From the NCBI GenBank assembly GCA_017537175.1, contig JAFYLH010000012.1, positions 65,375-129,374 of the forward strand: 64,000 bases of DNA, written 5' to 3'. The stretch comes from Clostridia bacterium (GTDB lineage: Bacteria > Bacillota > Clostridia > Oscillospirales > CAG-272). The notes below the pieces were generated by a model. The model did not search any database. It was not told the DNA's origin and saw only the letters and a list, made by a program, of their open reading frames with translations. Both the position numbers and the translations under genes were made by a program. Shown here piece after piece: positions 15,979 to 24,550 of the stretch (position 1 is its first letter; every line of letters begins with the position of its first letter).

Positions 15979-17385
15979 ATGGTAAAAGTAAACAACATTG
16001 AGACCAACAAGGTAGAATTAGAGTTTACTATTGATAAGGAGAGCTTCGATAAGGCATGTAACGCCGCATACAAGAAGCAGGTAGGCAAGATCCAGATCCC
16101 CGGCTTCCGTAAGGGTAAGGCTCCCAAGGCTATGATCGAAAAGATGTACGGCGCAGGCGTATTCTATGAAGATGCATTAAACGATCTTCTTCCCGATGCA
16201 GTAGAGGCAGCAGTTAAGGAGGCAGACATCAAGGTTGTCAGCGCTCCCGAGTATGATATTGATACAATTGACGAAAACGGCGTTGTAGTTAAGGCTAAGT
16301 TCTTTGTATATCCCGCAGTAGAGCTCAAGGAGTACAAGGGTCTCAAGGCTGAGCGCAATGTAAAGAGCGTTACCGCAACCGAGGTAAACGAGGAGATCAA
16401 GAGAGTTCAGCAGAGAAATGCAAGAACTATCGATGTAACCGACAGAGCAGCTAAGAAGAACGATACAGTTAACATTGACTATGCAGGCTCTGTAGACGGT
16501 GTTCTCTTTGAGGGCGGTTCTGCACAGGGTCACGACCTCAAGCTCGGCTCCGGCCAGTTTATCCCCGGCTTTGAGGATCAGATCATCGGTCATAAGATCG
16601 GTGAGGAGTTTGATGTAGAGGTAACCTTCCCCGAAGAGTACCACGCAGCAGATCTTGCAGGCAAGGCAGCAGTATTTGCTACCAAGATCAATGCTATCAA
16701 GTATGAGGAGCTTCCCAAGCTTGACGACGAGTTTGCAAAGGATGTTTCCGAATTTGACACACTTGCTGAATACAAGGCAGATGTTAAGGCTAAACTCACA
16801 GAGAGAAACGAAAAGGCAGCTGACGCTGAGGTAAACGAGCTTCTTATGGAAGCACTCAGAGCAAACCTTGAGTGCGAAGTTCCCGCTCCCATGGTAGAGC
16901 GCGAGGCTGAGAATATGGTTCGTGACTACGATACCAGACTCCGTATGCAGGGTCTTGATCTCGCTACCTACTTCAAGTATACAGGTCAGACACTCGAAAC
17001 TCTCCGTGCTCAGTTTATGCCCGAGGCAGAAAAGCAGGTTAAGACCAGACTTGCTCTTGAGAAGATCGCACAGACAGAGGCTCTTGAGGCTTCTGAGGAT
17101 GAGATCAACGAGGAGTACAAGAAGCTTTCCGAGGCTTACGGTGTAGAGGTTGACAGAGTTAAGGAGCTTGTTGATGATTCTGCAATTGCAGAGGACATCA
17201 AGGTAAACAAGGCATTCGAGCTTGTTCGCGCTGAAGCTAAGATCACCAAGAAGAAGGCAGCTAAGAAGACCGAGGCTAAGGCTGAGGGCGAAGAGACTGC
17301 CGAAGAGGAAAAGCCTGCAGCTAAGAAGACAACTGCCAAGAAGACAACCAAGAAGGCAGCTGAAAAGAAGACCGAAGATAAATAA
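15979..17385 (+). CDS. tig: Trigger factor with a Lys/Ala/Glu-rich C-terminal tail
   Basis: Ribosome-binding motif GFRKGKAP, FKBP-type PPIase core; ATG 15979 preferred over the track TTG at 15970. Confidence 0.9.
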   Translation: MVKVNNIETNKVELEFTIDKESFDKACNAAYKKQVGKIQIPGFRKGKAPKAMIEKMYGAGVFYEDALNDLLPDAVEAAVKEADIKVVSAPEYDIDTIDENGVVVKAKFFVYPAVELKEYKGLKAERNVKSVTATEVNEEIKRVQQRNARTIDVTDRAAKKNDTVNIDYAGSVDGVLFEGGSAQGHDLKLGSGQFIPGFEDQIIGHKIGEEFDVEVTFPEEYHAADLAGKAAVFATKINAIKYEELPKLDDEFAKDVSEFDTLAEYKADVKAKLTERNEKAADAEVNELLMEALRANLECEVPAPMVEREAENMVRDYDTRLRMQGLDLATYFKYTGQTLETLRAQFMPEAEKQVKTRLALEKIAQTEALEASEDEINEEYKKLSEAYGVEVDRVKELVDDSAIAEDIKVNKAFELVRAEAKITKKKAAKKTEAKAEGEETAEEEKPAAKKTTAKKTTKKAAEKKTEDK

Positions 17386-17390
17386 TCTTT

Positions 17391-17426
17391 TCAATCACTT
17401 GCATCCTTGGTGCAAGTGATTGTTGT
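17391..17426 (+). terminator. Hairpin terminator/attenuator after tig
   Basis: CAATCACTTGCA-TCCTTGG-TGCAAGTGATTG 12-bp stem, then TTGTAT (weak T-tract). Confidence 0.55.
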
Positions 17427-17513
17427 ATATGGACATCACAAAAAACATACTGTAGGGGCGGATATCATCCGCCCGCACAAAACAGCAACAATTATATTTA
17501 GGAGGTAAATAAA

Positions 17514-18098
17514 ATGGCATTAGTACCAACCGTCATTGAACAGACCAACCGTGGCGAAAGAGCATATGATATATACTCAAGACTTTTAAACGACCGTATT
17601 ATCTTTCTTGCAGATCAGGTAAACGATGTAACTGCATCCCTTGTGGTTGCTCAGCTTCTTTTCCTTGAGGCACAGGATCCCGACAAGGATATCTGTATGT
17701 ACATCAACAGCCCCGGCGGAAGCGTATCTGCAGGTATGGCGATCTATGACACAATGAACTACATCAAGTGTGATGTATCCACCGTATGTATCGGTATGGC
17801 GGCAAGCATGGGCGCGTTCCTGCTTTCCTCGGGTGCAAAGGGTAAGAGAATCGCACTTCCCAACAGCGAAATTATGATCCACCAGCCTCTTGGCGGTATG
17901 CAGGGTCAGGCATCCGATATCAAGATCCACGCAGACCACATTCTGCGCACCAAGGCAAAGCTCAATGAGATCCTTGCTCTTAATACCGGTAAGCCTCTTG
18001 AGCAGATCGAGCGCGACACCGACCGTGATAACTTCTTAACAGCTCAGCAGGCTTTAGAGTACGGTCTTATAGACAAAGTTTTTGATAAGAGAGCGTAA
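17514..18098 (+). CDS. clpP: ATP-dependent Clp protease proteolytic subunit
   Basis: Highly conserved ClpP sequence (catalytic GMAASMG, IHQP); AGGAGG RBS. Confidence 0.95.
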   Translation: MALVPTVIEQTNRGERAYDIYSRLLNDRIIFLADQVNDVTASLVVAQLLFLEAQDPDKDICMYINSPGGSVSAGMAIYDTMNYIKCDVSTVCIGMAASMGAFLLSSGAKGKRIALPNSEIMIHQPLGGMQGQASDIKIHADHILRTKAKLNEILALNTGKPLEQIERDTDRDNFLTAQQALEYGLIDKVFDKRA

Positions 18099-18104
18099 TT
18101 TTTA

Positions 18105-19373
18105 ATGGCTAACGAAAACAACACAAAAAACACACCCTACCGTTGTTCCTTTTGCGGCAGAGAAGAGAAGGATGTGCTTTTCCTTATTCCTTCTCCCGTC
18201 AACAGAGGTACATTTATATGTAACGACTGTGTGGATGCCTGCACCGAGCTTCTCGGTGACTATGCTCCCGAGGCTGTAAAGACCTCGGATGGCGGTAAGC
18301 TGACCTACGAGACACTTCCCAAGCCCGTAGCTATCAAGGCTACCCTTGACGAATATGTTATCGGACAGGATGCGGCAAAAAAGGCATTGGCGGTAGCGGT
18401 ATACAATCACTATAAGCGTATCCTTTCCAAGGACAGGAAAAAAGATGACGACGGTGTGGAGATACAAAAGAGCAATGTTCTGCTCCTTGGCCCTACAGGT
18501 GTGGGTAAGACCTTCCTTGCTCAGACATTGGCAAAGACCCTCAAGGTTCCCTTTGCCATAGCCGATGCCACCACTCTTACCGAGGCAGGCTATGTGGGTG
18601 AGGATGTAGAGAACATATTGCTGCGCCTTATTCAGGCGGCTGATTTTGACATCGAGCTTGCAGAGAAGGGTATCATCTATATCGACGAGATCGACAAGAT
18701 CTCCCGTAGAAGTGAAAACCGCTCCATCACCCGTGATGTATCAGGTGAGGGCGTTCAGCAGGCACTTTTAAAGATACTTGAGGGAACGGTATCAAATGTT
18801 CCTCCTCAGGGCGGCCGTAAGCATCCCAACCAGGACTTTATACAGATCAATACCGAAAACATCCTCTTTATCTGCGGCGGTGCCTTTGACGGTATCTCCG
18901 AGATAATCGAGAAGCGCAAGGGCAGCGGCTCTATGGGCTTTGGCGCAGAGGTAAAGACAAAGCAGGATAAGCAGCAGACCGCTATCTACAAGGATGTAGG
19001 CCCCCACGATATTATGAAGTACGGACTTATCCCCGAGCTTGTGGGCCGTCTGCCTCTTATAGTAGGCCTTGAGGGACTTGACCGCGATGCTCTTGTACGC
19101 ATCTTAAGAGAGCCCAAAAATTCACTTATCAAGCAGTACAAAAAGCTGTTCGGTATGGATAATATGGAAATAGAGTTTACCGACGAGGCTCTTTACAAGG
19201 TGGCAGATCTTGCTATAGAGCGTAATATCGGTGCAAGAGGTCTGCGCTCCATTATGGAGGAGATGATGCTCACAATGATGTATGAGCTTCCCTCAAAGAC
19301 CGAGGTCAAAAAGGCCATCGTTAACGAAAAGGTGGTTACGGGCGAGGGCGAGCCTGAGCTTATAACAGAATAA
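18105..19373 (+). CDS. clpX: ATP-dependent Clp protease ATP-binding subunit ClpX
   Basis: N-terminal zinc finger CSFCG...CNDC, Walker A GPTGVGKT, conserved ClpX body. Confidence 0.95.
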   Translation: MANENNTKNTPYRCSFCGREEKDVLFLIPSPVNRGTFICNDCVDACTELLGDYAPEAVKTSDGGKLTYETLPKPVAIKATLDEYVIGQDAAKKALAVAVYNHYKRILSKDRKKDDDGVEIQKSNVLLLGPTGVGKTFLAQTLAKTLKVPFAIADATTLTEAGYVGEDVENILLRLIQAADFDIELAEKGIIYIDEIDKISRRSENRSITRDVSGEGVQQALLKILEGTVSNVPPQGGRKHPNQDFIQINTENILFICGGAFDGISEIIEKRKGSGSMGFGAEVKTKQDKQQTAIYKDVGPHDIMKYGLIPELVGRLPLIVGLEGLDRDALVRILREPKNSLIKQYKKLFGMDNMEIEFTDEALYKVADLAIERNIGARGLRSIMEEMMLTMMYELPSKTEVKKAIVNEKVVTGEGEPELITE

Positions 19374-19375
19374 TA

Positions 19376-19410
19376 AAATGTCCTGTGACACGATGTATCA
19401 CAGGACATTA
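19376..19410. repeat. Left copy of a 35-bp direct repeat that is itself a terminator hairpin (clpX terminator)
   Basis: AAATGTCCTGTGACACGATGTATCACAGGACATTA; 34/35 identical to 19743-19777. Confidence 0.85.
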
Positions 19411-19711
19411 CAGACTGTCGAAAAAGTCGGTCGGCCGTGTGGGGCAAGTTGCCCCTGCCATACTACGCGCTGTAGGACATTGGACATTTATCATAAAAAA
19501 CACGACACAACGCAAAAAGCATCTTACCAATATGGAAAGTTATTATTATAATGACTATATCTCCCAATATAGTCTGATAAGTATTCAAAAGTGGTGTATA
19601 CATCGAGTATACACCACTTCTTCACACTTTCCCGCGAAAAGGGTCACTACCGTACTTAGTACGCCTACGGACCCTTTTCACGAAAACCGACACTTCCTTT
19701 TTCGAAGTCTG
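19411..19711 (+). mobile_element. MITE-like non-coding element, copy 1 (301 bp) with CAGACT(G)TCGAAAAAG / CTTTTTCGAAGTCTG terminal inverted repeats
   Basis: TIRs read directly; blocks shared with 47156-47396 include a 13-bp-stem hairpin (19589-19619) and CTACCGTACTTAGTACGCCTACG. Confidence 0.75.
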
Positions 19712-19742
19712 CCAGCGTGTCGATAGGTTTATCGACACGCTG

Positions 19743-19777
19743 AAATGTCCTGTGACACGATGTGTCACAGGACATTA
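19743..19777. repeat. Right copy of the 35-bp hairpin direct repeat; overlaps the 3' end of the 19765-21039 gene
   Basis: AAATGTCCTGTGACACGATGTGTCACAGGACATTA; perfect 13-bp stem. Confidence 0.85.
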
Positions 19778-21039
19778 TTATATTTATTTATCGCCGCACA
19801 GCATATGGCATTGATCTTGGGTGAGCAGTCCTTTTCCTGCCATATACCCACATCATTTCTTTTTGACATAAGTCTTTGATATACGGTATGTCTTTGCTCA
19901 AGACCGTAGACAGAGAGGGCATATAACAAAAGCGCGGTCATTTCTGTATCAAGCACTTTTTTCGACAGTCCTTTCAGTATGCCTGGTATATCATCAAACA
20001 TAGGAATATCAAGCCCTAAATATATCATTACAAGCAGGGGCAGATCTGACAGCTGTTCGGTGTTGTCGGGGATATTGGAGGGCAGATCTGCATCCTCAAA
20101 GCAGTCTGTACAGGCATAGGTGGAGTGGCGTGTGCGTTCAAGCCATACCCCGTTTTGCTTGCAATAAGGACATAAGCCGAATTTAAATCTTGCAAGACGG
20201 AGGTTTTCTCTGCGCTTGCGGGAATTAAGAGCCGCCTTGTCACCGCGGACAAAGTTTTCGCGATAGAGCTTTTTACATCTGTCGGCATATTTTCCGCCGC
20301 TTCGGATGTATAAAAGTGTATCTATAGCCGAGCCGTCCTCGCTGTCCTTACAGCCAAGCGCGCCGTGTACTATACTCTCATCATCAAAGGTGATAATGGG
20401 AAAATTGTGCTTTATTCCCAAAAGCTTAAGGGAATAGAGATACAAGGGATCCTTTTCGTAGCCTATAGAGGTATACACGGTATCAAGAGCATTGGAAAGC
20501 TCGGTTTTTTCTACCGGCTTGCTTTCGTATACATCTTCAGACATCCTTGCGGCGTTTCTCAGCAGAGCCGCAGGATCCTCCCCCTGACATATTATTATTT
20601 CGTGACAGCCCTCGGGTACTGTAAGAATACTGTTGATGCTGTTATAGTACATTTCACCCGACAGGATAATAAACCCGATCTTTGTACCCCTTGAATACCG
20701 GATAACAGGTAAGCGCTGCTTACCCACGGTATATTTACGGTGATATATACTTTGCTTGTCTGCATCAACAGAAAATTTAAGCTCTGTTAAGGTATTTATA
20801 TTTCTTATCAGAACGCCTTTGTCTGCAAAGAAGCGGTCCTCTGTGCAAAACAGACTTACAAGAGTGTCATTACGGTATGTAAGACAGCGTGTAAGCCAGC
20901 TGCCCTCTTTTCCCAGGAACTGTAGCCTTGTAAAGGAGTTATCCGGTATGCCGAGCAGTCTGAGTGACATAAGCTCCGAGCTTATGTCAAAGCCGTCATA
21001 AAGCAGATATGCACTGCGGTGCAGCATATTACCACTCAT
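19765..21039 (-). CDS. Hypothetical protein, 424 aa, with an internal CPYC...CTDC zinc-ribbon-like motif
   Basis: Long ORF whose start overlaps the trmL stop by 11 nt; I recognise no family. Confidence 0.6.
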   Translation of the reverse strand: MSGNMLHRSAYLLYDGFDISSELMSLRLLGIPDNSFTRLQFLGKEGSWLTRCLTYRNDTLVSLFCTEDRFFADKGVLIRNINTLTELKFSVDADKQSIYHRKYTVGKQRLPVIRYSRGTKIGFIILSGEMYYNSINSILTVPEGCHEIIICQGEDPAALLRNAARMSEDVYESKPVEKTELSNALDTVYTSIGYEKDPLYLYSLKLLGIKHNFPIITFDDESIVHGALGCKDSEDGSAIDTLLYIRSGGKYADRCKKLYRENFVRGDKAALNSRKRRENLRLARFKFGLCPYCKQNGVWLERTRHSTYACTDCFEDADLPSNIPDNTEQLSDLPLLVMIYLGLDIPMFDDIPGILKGLSKKVLDTEMTALLLYALSVYGLEQRHTVYQRLMSKRNDVGIWQEKDCSPKINAICCAAINKYNNVL

Positions 21040-21526
21040 ACTGTGTCAGCTGTCCCTGCTCTATAAGACCCTCAAATCCTCTTTGACGGAAGGCCTCGTA
21101 TACGGCAATAGCCACCGTGTTTGAAAGGTTAAGACTTCTTAGATTCTCACGCATGGGCATACGCACGCATCTTTCGCGGTTATTGTACAAAAGCTCCTCG
21201 GGCAGACCCTTGGTCTCCTTGCCGAACACAAGAAAGACTCTCTTTGGATAAGTCACATCGCTGTAGCATTGTGGAGCCTTGGTGGTAAAGTAATAAAACT
21301 CTTCGCCCTTGTTTCTTTCAAAAAAGTCGTTTATATCTTTATAATATGTAATATCAAGCTCGTGCCAGTAATCAAGACCCGCCCGCTTGAGCTTGCGGTC
21401 ATCCACCTTAAAGCCCATAGGCTCAACCAGATGAAGCGATGCACCGGTAGCGGCACAGGTACGGGCAATATTGCCTGTATTCTGCGGTATCTCGGGCTCA
21501 ATAAGTACTATGTTTATGTTGCTCAT
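21029..21526 (-). CDS. trmL: tRNA (cytidine/uridine-2'-O-)-methyltransferase TrmL (SpoU/TrmH family)
   Basis: NIVLIEPEIPQNTGNIARTCAATG and C-terminal LNLSNTVAIAVYEA knot motifs; GAGGTGA RBS before ATG 21526. Confidence 0.85.
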   Translation of the reverse strand: MSNINIVLIEPEIPQNTGNIARTCAATGASLHLVEPMGFKVDDRKLKRAGLDYWHELDITYYKDINDFFERNKGEEFYYFTTKAPQCYSDVTYPKRVFLVFGKETKGLPEELLYNNRERCVRMPMRENLRSLNLSNTVAIAVYEAFRQRGFEGLIEQGQLTQYEW

Positions 21527-21579
21527 ATTTTCACCTCGGGTATATGATAGCACTTTAAAGGGGAAATATCAAGTAAGGG

Positions 21580-21608
21580 TTTACAATTTTATTTGTTTGT
21601 GATATAAT
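21580..21608 (+). promoter_or_regulatory. Sigma-A type promoter (extended -10) for secA
   Basis: TTTACA (21580-21585), 17-nt spacer, TG-A-TATAAT (21600-21608). Confidence 0.55.
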
Positions 21609-21623
21609 AATTTATTATAATTA

Positions 21624-24401
21624 ATGAAAGCGAGAAAAAAATTGGGTATTTTCAGTTCAATTTTCGGAACATACAGCCAGCGCCAGATCAAAAAGATCAC
21701 TGCTACAGTCGATTCTATCGAGGCAATGGCGGATAAATATTCTAAGATGACCGACGAGGAGCTCAAGGCAATGACCCCTGCGCTTAAGGCAAAGCTTGAA
21801 GCAGGTCAGACCCTTGACGATATACTCCCCGAGGCATTTGCCACAGTCCGTGAGGCTTGTACCCGTGTCCTTGACAAGACCCCCTTCCGTGTACAGCTTA
21901 TGGGCGGTATCATACTTCATCAGGGCCGTATCGCCGAGATGAAGACAGGTGAGGGTAAGACTATTGTTGCCACCCTCCCCGCATATCTTAACGCACTTAA
22001 CGGCAAGGGTGTTCATATCGTTACGGTAAACGAATACCTTGCCCGCCTTGGTGCAGAGGAGATGGGTCGAGTATACGAGTTCCTGGGACTTAGCGTAGGT
22101 CTTATCTGTCACGGACAGACCCCCCGCGAAAAGCAGCAGGCATATAACGCGGACATCACCTACGGTACCAACAACGAATACGGCTTTGACTACCTCAGAG
22201 ACAATATGGTGCTCTACAAGGAGCAGAAGATGCAGCGCAACCATGCCTTTGCCATTGTTGACGAGGTGGACTCTATCCTTATAGACGAGGCAAGAACTCC
22301 TCTTATCATTTCGGGTGAGGGTCAGAAGTCCACCGAGCTTTATGACCGTACCGAGACCCTTGTTGCAAGAATGCGTCAGTACCGCATCAAGGAGCTTGAC
22401 TCAAAGCAGGAAAACGACGATGTCGATGCAGACTATATCGTTGACGAAAAGGCAAGAAGCGTTGTGCTTACCGCCTCGGGTATTGCAAAGTGCGAGGAAT
22501 ACTTTGGTATAGAAAACCTTTCTGATGCCGAAAACTCTCTTCTCTCCCACCATGTACATCAGGCTATCCGCGCTCACGGTATTATGCACCGCGATGTAGA
22601 CTATGTGGTCAAGGATGGCGAGGTGCTTATAGTTGACTCCTTTACAGGCCGTATTATGCCCGGCCGTCGCTATTCGGACGGTCTGCATCAAGCAATCGAG
22701 GCAAAGGAGCATGTTAAGGTAGAAAAGGAAAACAAGACCCTTGCTACCATCACATTCCAGAACTTCTTCCGTCTCTATGAAAAGCTCTCGGGTATGACAG
22801 GTACCGCTCTTACCGAGGAGATGGAGTTCAGAGAAATATATAACCTTGACTGTGTAGAGATACCTACCAACAAGCCCATGATCAGACAGGATCATAACGA
22901 TGTTGTATATAAGACAACAGCCGCAAAGAACGATGCTATTGTCCGTCAGGTAATTGCCTGTCACCAAAAGGGACAGCCTGTGCTTGTGGGTACTGTTTCT
23001 ATCGATAAGTCCGAGGAGCTCAGCCGACTCTTAAAGCGCGAGGGTATAGAGCATACCGTCCTCAACGCCAAGAACAACGAAAAGGAAGCCGAGATAGTTG
23101 CCTGTGCAGGTAAGCTGGGCAGAGTTACCATATCCACCAATATGGCGGGCCGTGGTACAGATATTATGCTTGGCGGTAACCCCGAGTTTATGGCTAAGCA
23201 GGAAATGCGCAAGCAGGGCTATGAAGAGGATGTTATCGGTCTTGCAGTAGGCTCATCCTCCAATGTAAGCGAGGAGGTCCTTGCGGCAAGAGTAGTATAT
23301 AAGGATCTTTACAAGCAATATAAGGAGCAGATAGCTCCCGAGGCTAAGCGCGTATGCGAGGCGGGAGGTCTGTTTATCGTAGGTACCGAGCGACATGAAA
23401 GCCGCCGTATCGACAACCAGCTCCGCGGTCGTGCGGGCCGACAGGGTGACCCCGGTGAATCCCGCTTCTATCTCTCTCTTCAGGACGATCTTATGCGTCT
23501 GTTTGGAAGCGAAAGAGTTTTCAATGCGGTAGAGCGTATCGGACTTCCCGACGATCAGCCTATTGCGGCAGGTATACTTTCCAACTCTATAGAAAACGCC
23601 CAAAAGCAGCTTGAGGGCAACAACTTTGAAAGAAGAAAGCATGTACTGAGCTATGACGATGTTATGAATCAGCAGCGTAAGGTCATCTACGCACAGCGTG
23701 ACGATGTACTTAACGGTGCGGATCTTAAGGAAAAGATCACCAAGATGATCACAGATGTTATAGAGGCGGTTGTAGAAAGCGCAGCCCCCCATCCCGACGA
23801 TGAAGAGGGCGTATGGAATCTTGATGTGATCAAGCAGAGCTTCGGAACCCTTTTCATTACTGAGGAGGAGCTTGAATACAGTGATGAGGAGCTCAGCACT
23901 CTTACTCCCGACATTCTTACCGAAAAGCTTTGTAAAAACGCAATGGCTCTTTATGCCGAAAAGGAGGAGCTCTTTGGTGAAGAGCAGATGCGCGAGATAG
24001 AGAGAGTTGTTCTGCTTCGCCGTGTGGATATCAACTGGATGGATCAGCTTGATGCCATGGATGAGCTTAAGGGCAGCATCGGACTTCACGCATATGCACA
24101 GAGAGATCCTATAGCTATGTACAGACTCCAGGGTGCGGATATGTTCGACGATATGATCGCTACCATCCGTAACGAAACAGTCCGTGCGGTGCTGTCTGTT
24201 CGTCCCCGTGAGGAGGTAAAGCGAGAGGCGGCAGCCAAGGTAACAGGCGAGGGCTTTGTGGGTGCAGGCGACGGTACCGTTAAGAAAAAGCCTGTGGTCA
24301 AGAAGTCGGCAGATAAGGTTGGTCGTAACGATCCCTGTCCCTGCGGCAGCGGTAAGAAGTACAAAAAGTGCTGCGGAGCCAATCTTGACGAGACAAACTG
24401 A
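21624..24401 (+). CDS. secA: Preprotein translocase ATPase SecA
   Basis: Conserved SecA motor domains ([27 protein letters not shown]) and C-terminal zinc motif [14 protein letters not shown]. Confidence 0.95.
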   Translation: MKARKKLGIFSSIFGTYSQRQIKKITATVDSIEAMADKYSKMTDEELKAMTPALKAKLEAGQTLDDILPEAFATVREACTRVLDKTPFRVQLMGGIILHQGRIAEMKTGEGKTIVATLPAYLNALNGKGVHIVTVNEYLARLGAEEMGRVYEFLGLSVGLICHGQTPREKQQAYNADITYGTNNEYGFDYLRDNMVLYKEQKMQRNHAFAIVDEVDSILIDEARTPLIISGEGQKSTELYDRTETLVARMRQYRIKELDSKQENDDVDADYIVDEKARSVVLTASGIAKCEEYFGIENLSDAENSLLSHHVHQAIRAHGIMHRDVDYVVKDGEVLIVDSFTGRIMPGRRYSDGLHQAIEAKEHVKVEKENKTLATITFQNFFRLYEKLSGMTGTALTEEMEFREIYNLDCVEIPTNKPMIRQDHNDVVYKTTAAKNDAIVRQVIACHQKGQPVLVGTVSIDKSEELSRLLKREGIEHTVLNAKNNEKEAEIVACAGKLGRVTISTNMAGRGTDIMLGGNPEFMAKQEMRKQGYEEDVIGLAVGSSSNVSEEVLAARVVYKDLYKQYKEQIAPEAKRVCEAGGLFIVGTERHESRRIDNQLRGRAGRQGDPGESRFYLSLQDDLMRLFGSERVFNAVERIGLPDDQPIAAGILSNSIENAQKQLEGNNFERRKHVLSYDDVMNQQRKVIYAQRDDVLNGADLKEKITKMITDVIEAVVESAAPHPDDEEGVWNLDVIKQSFGTLFITEEELEYSDEELSTLTPDILTEKLCKNAMALYAEKEELFGEEQMREIERVVLLRRVDINWMDQLDAMDELKGSIGLHAYAQRDPIAMYRLQGADMFDDMIATIRNETVRAVLSVRPREEVKREAAAKVTGEGFVGAGDGTVKKKPVVKKSADKVGRNDPCPCGSGKKYKKCCGANLDETN

Positions 24402-24410
24402 ACAAAACAC

Positions 24411-24448
24411 AAAGGAACTTTTTGTCTAAAAGGCAGAAAGTTCCTTTT
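24411..24448 (+). terminator. Hairpin terminator after secA
   Basis: AAAGGAACTTT ... AAAGTTCCTTT 11-bp stem with a 15-nt loop, then TTAAAT. Confidence 0.5.
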
Positions 24449-24550
24449 AAATATGTAAAAAAGTTGGTTTTTTCACAAAAAATGTTGCTTATTTTTTAAA
24501 ATTTGATATAATGTATATGTATGAGTGTGTTCTTAAAAGGAGATAGTGTT

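Noticed and set aside
16177-17394. 405-aa ORF on the minus strand, Leu/Ser/Cys-rich
   Set aside because: It is entirely antisense to the well-supported trigger factor gene. It has low-complexity composition, no RBS and no recognisable family. It is a typical shadow ORF.
17427-17513. Looked for CtsR heptad boxes or a CIRCE element upstream of clpP
   Set aside because: Neither GGTCAAA direct repeats nor TTAGCACTC-N9-GAGTGCTAA is present. The only feature is an 8-bp GC-rich hairpin GGGCGGAT-ATC-ATCCGCCC (17456-17474) of unknown role.
19385-19726. 113-aa ORF inside element copy 1, and the 140-aa ORF 47200-47622 across copy 2
   Set aside because: Neither has an RBS. The two ORFs are in different frames relative to the shared nucleotide blocks, and the conservation between copies is at the nucleotide and structure level.
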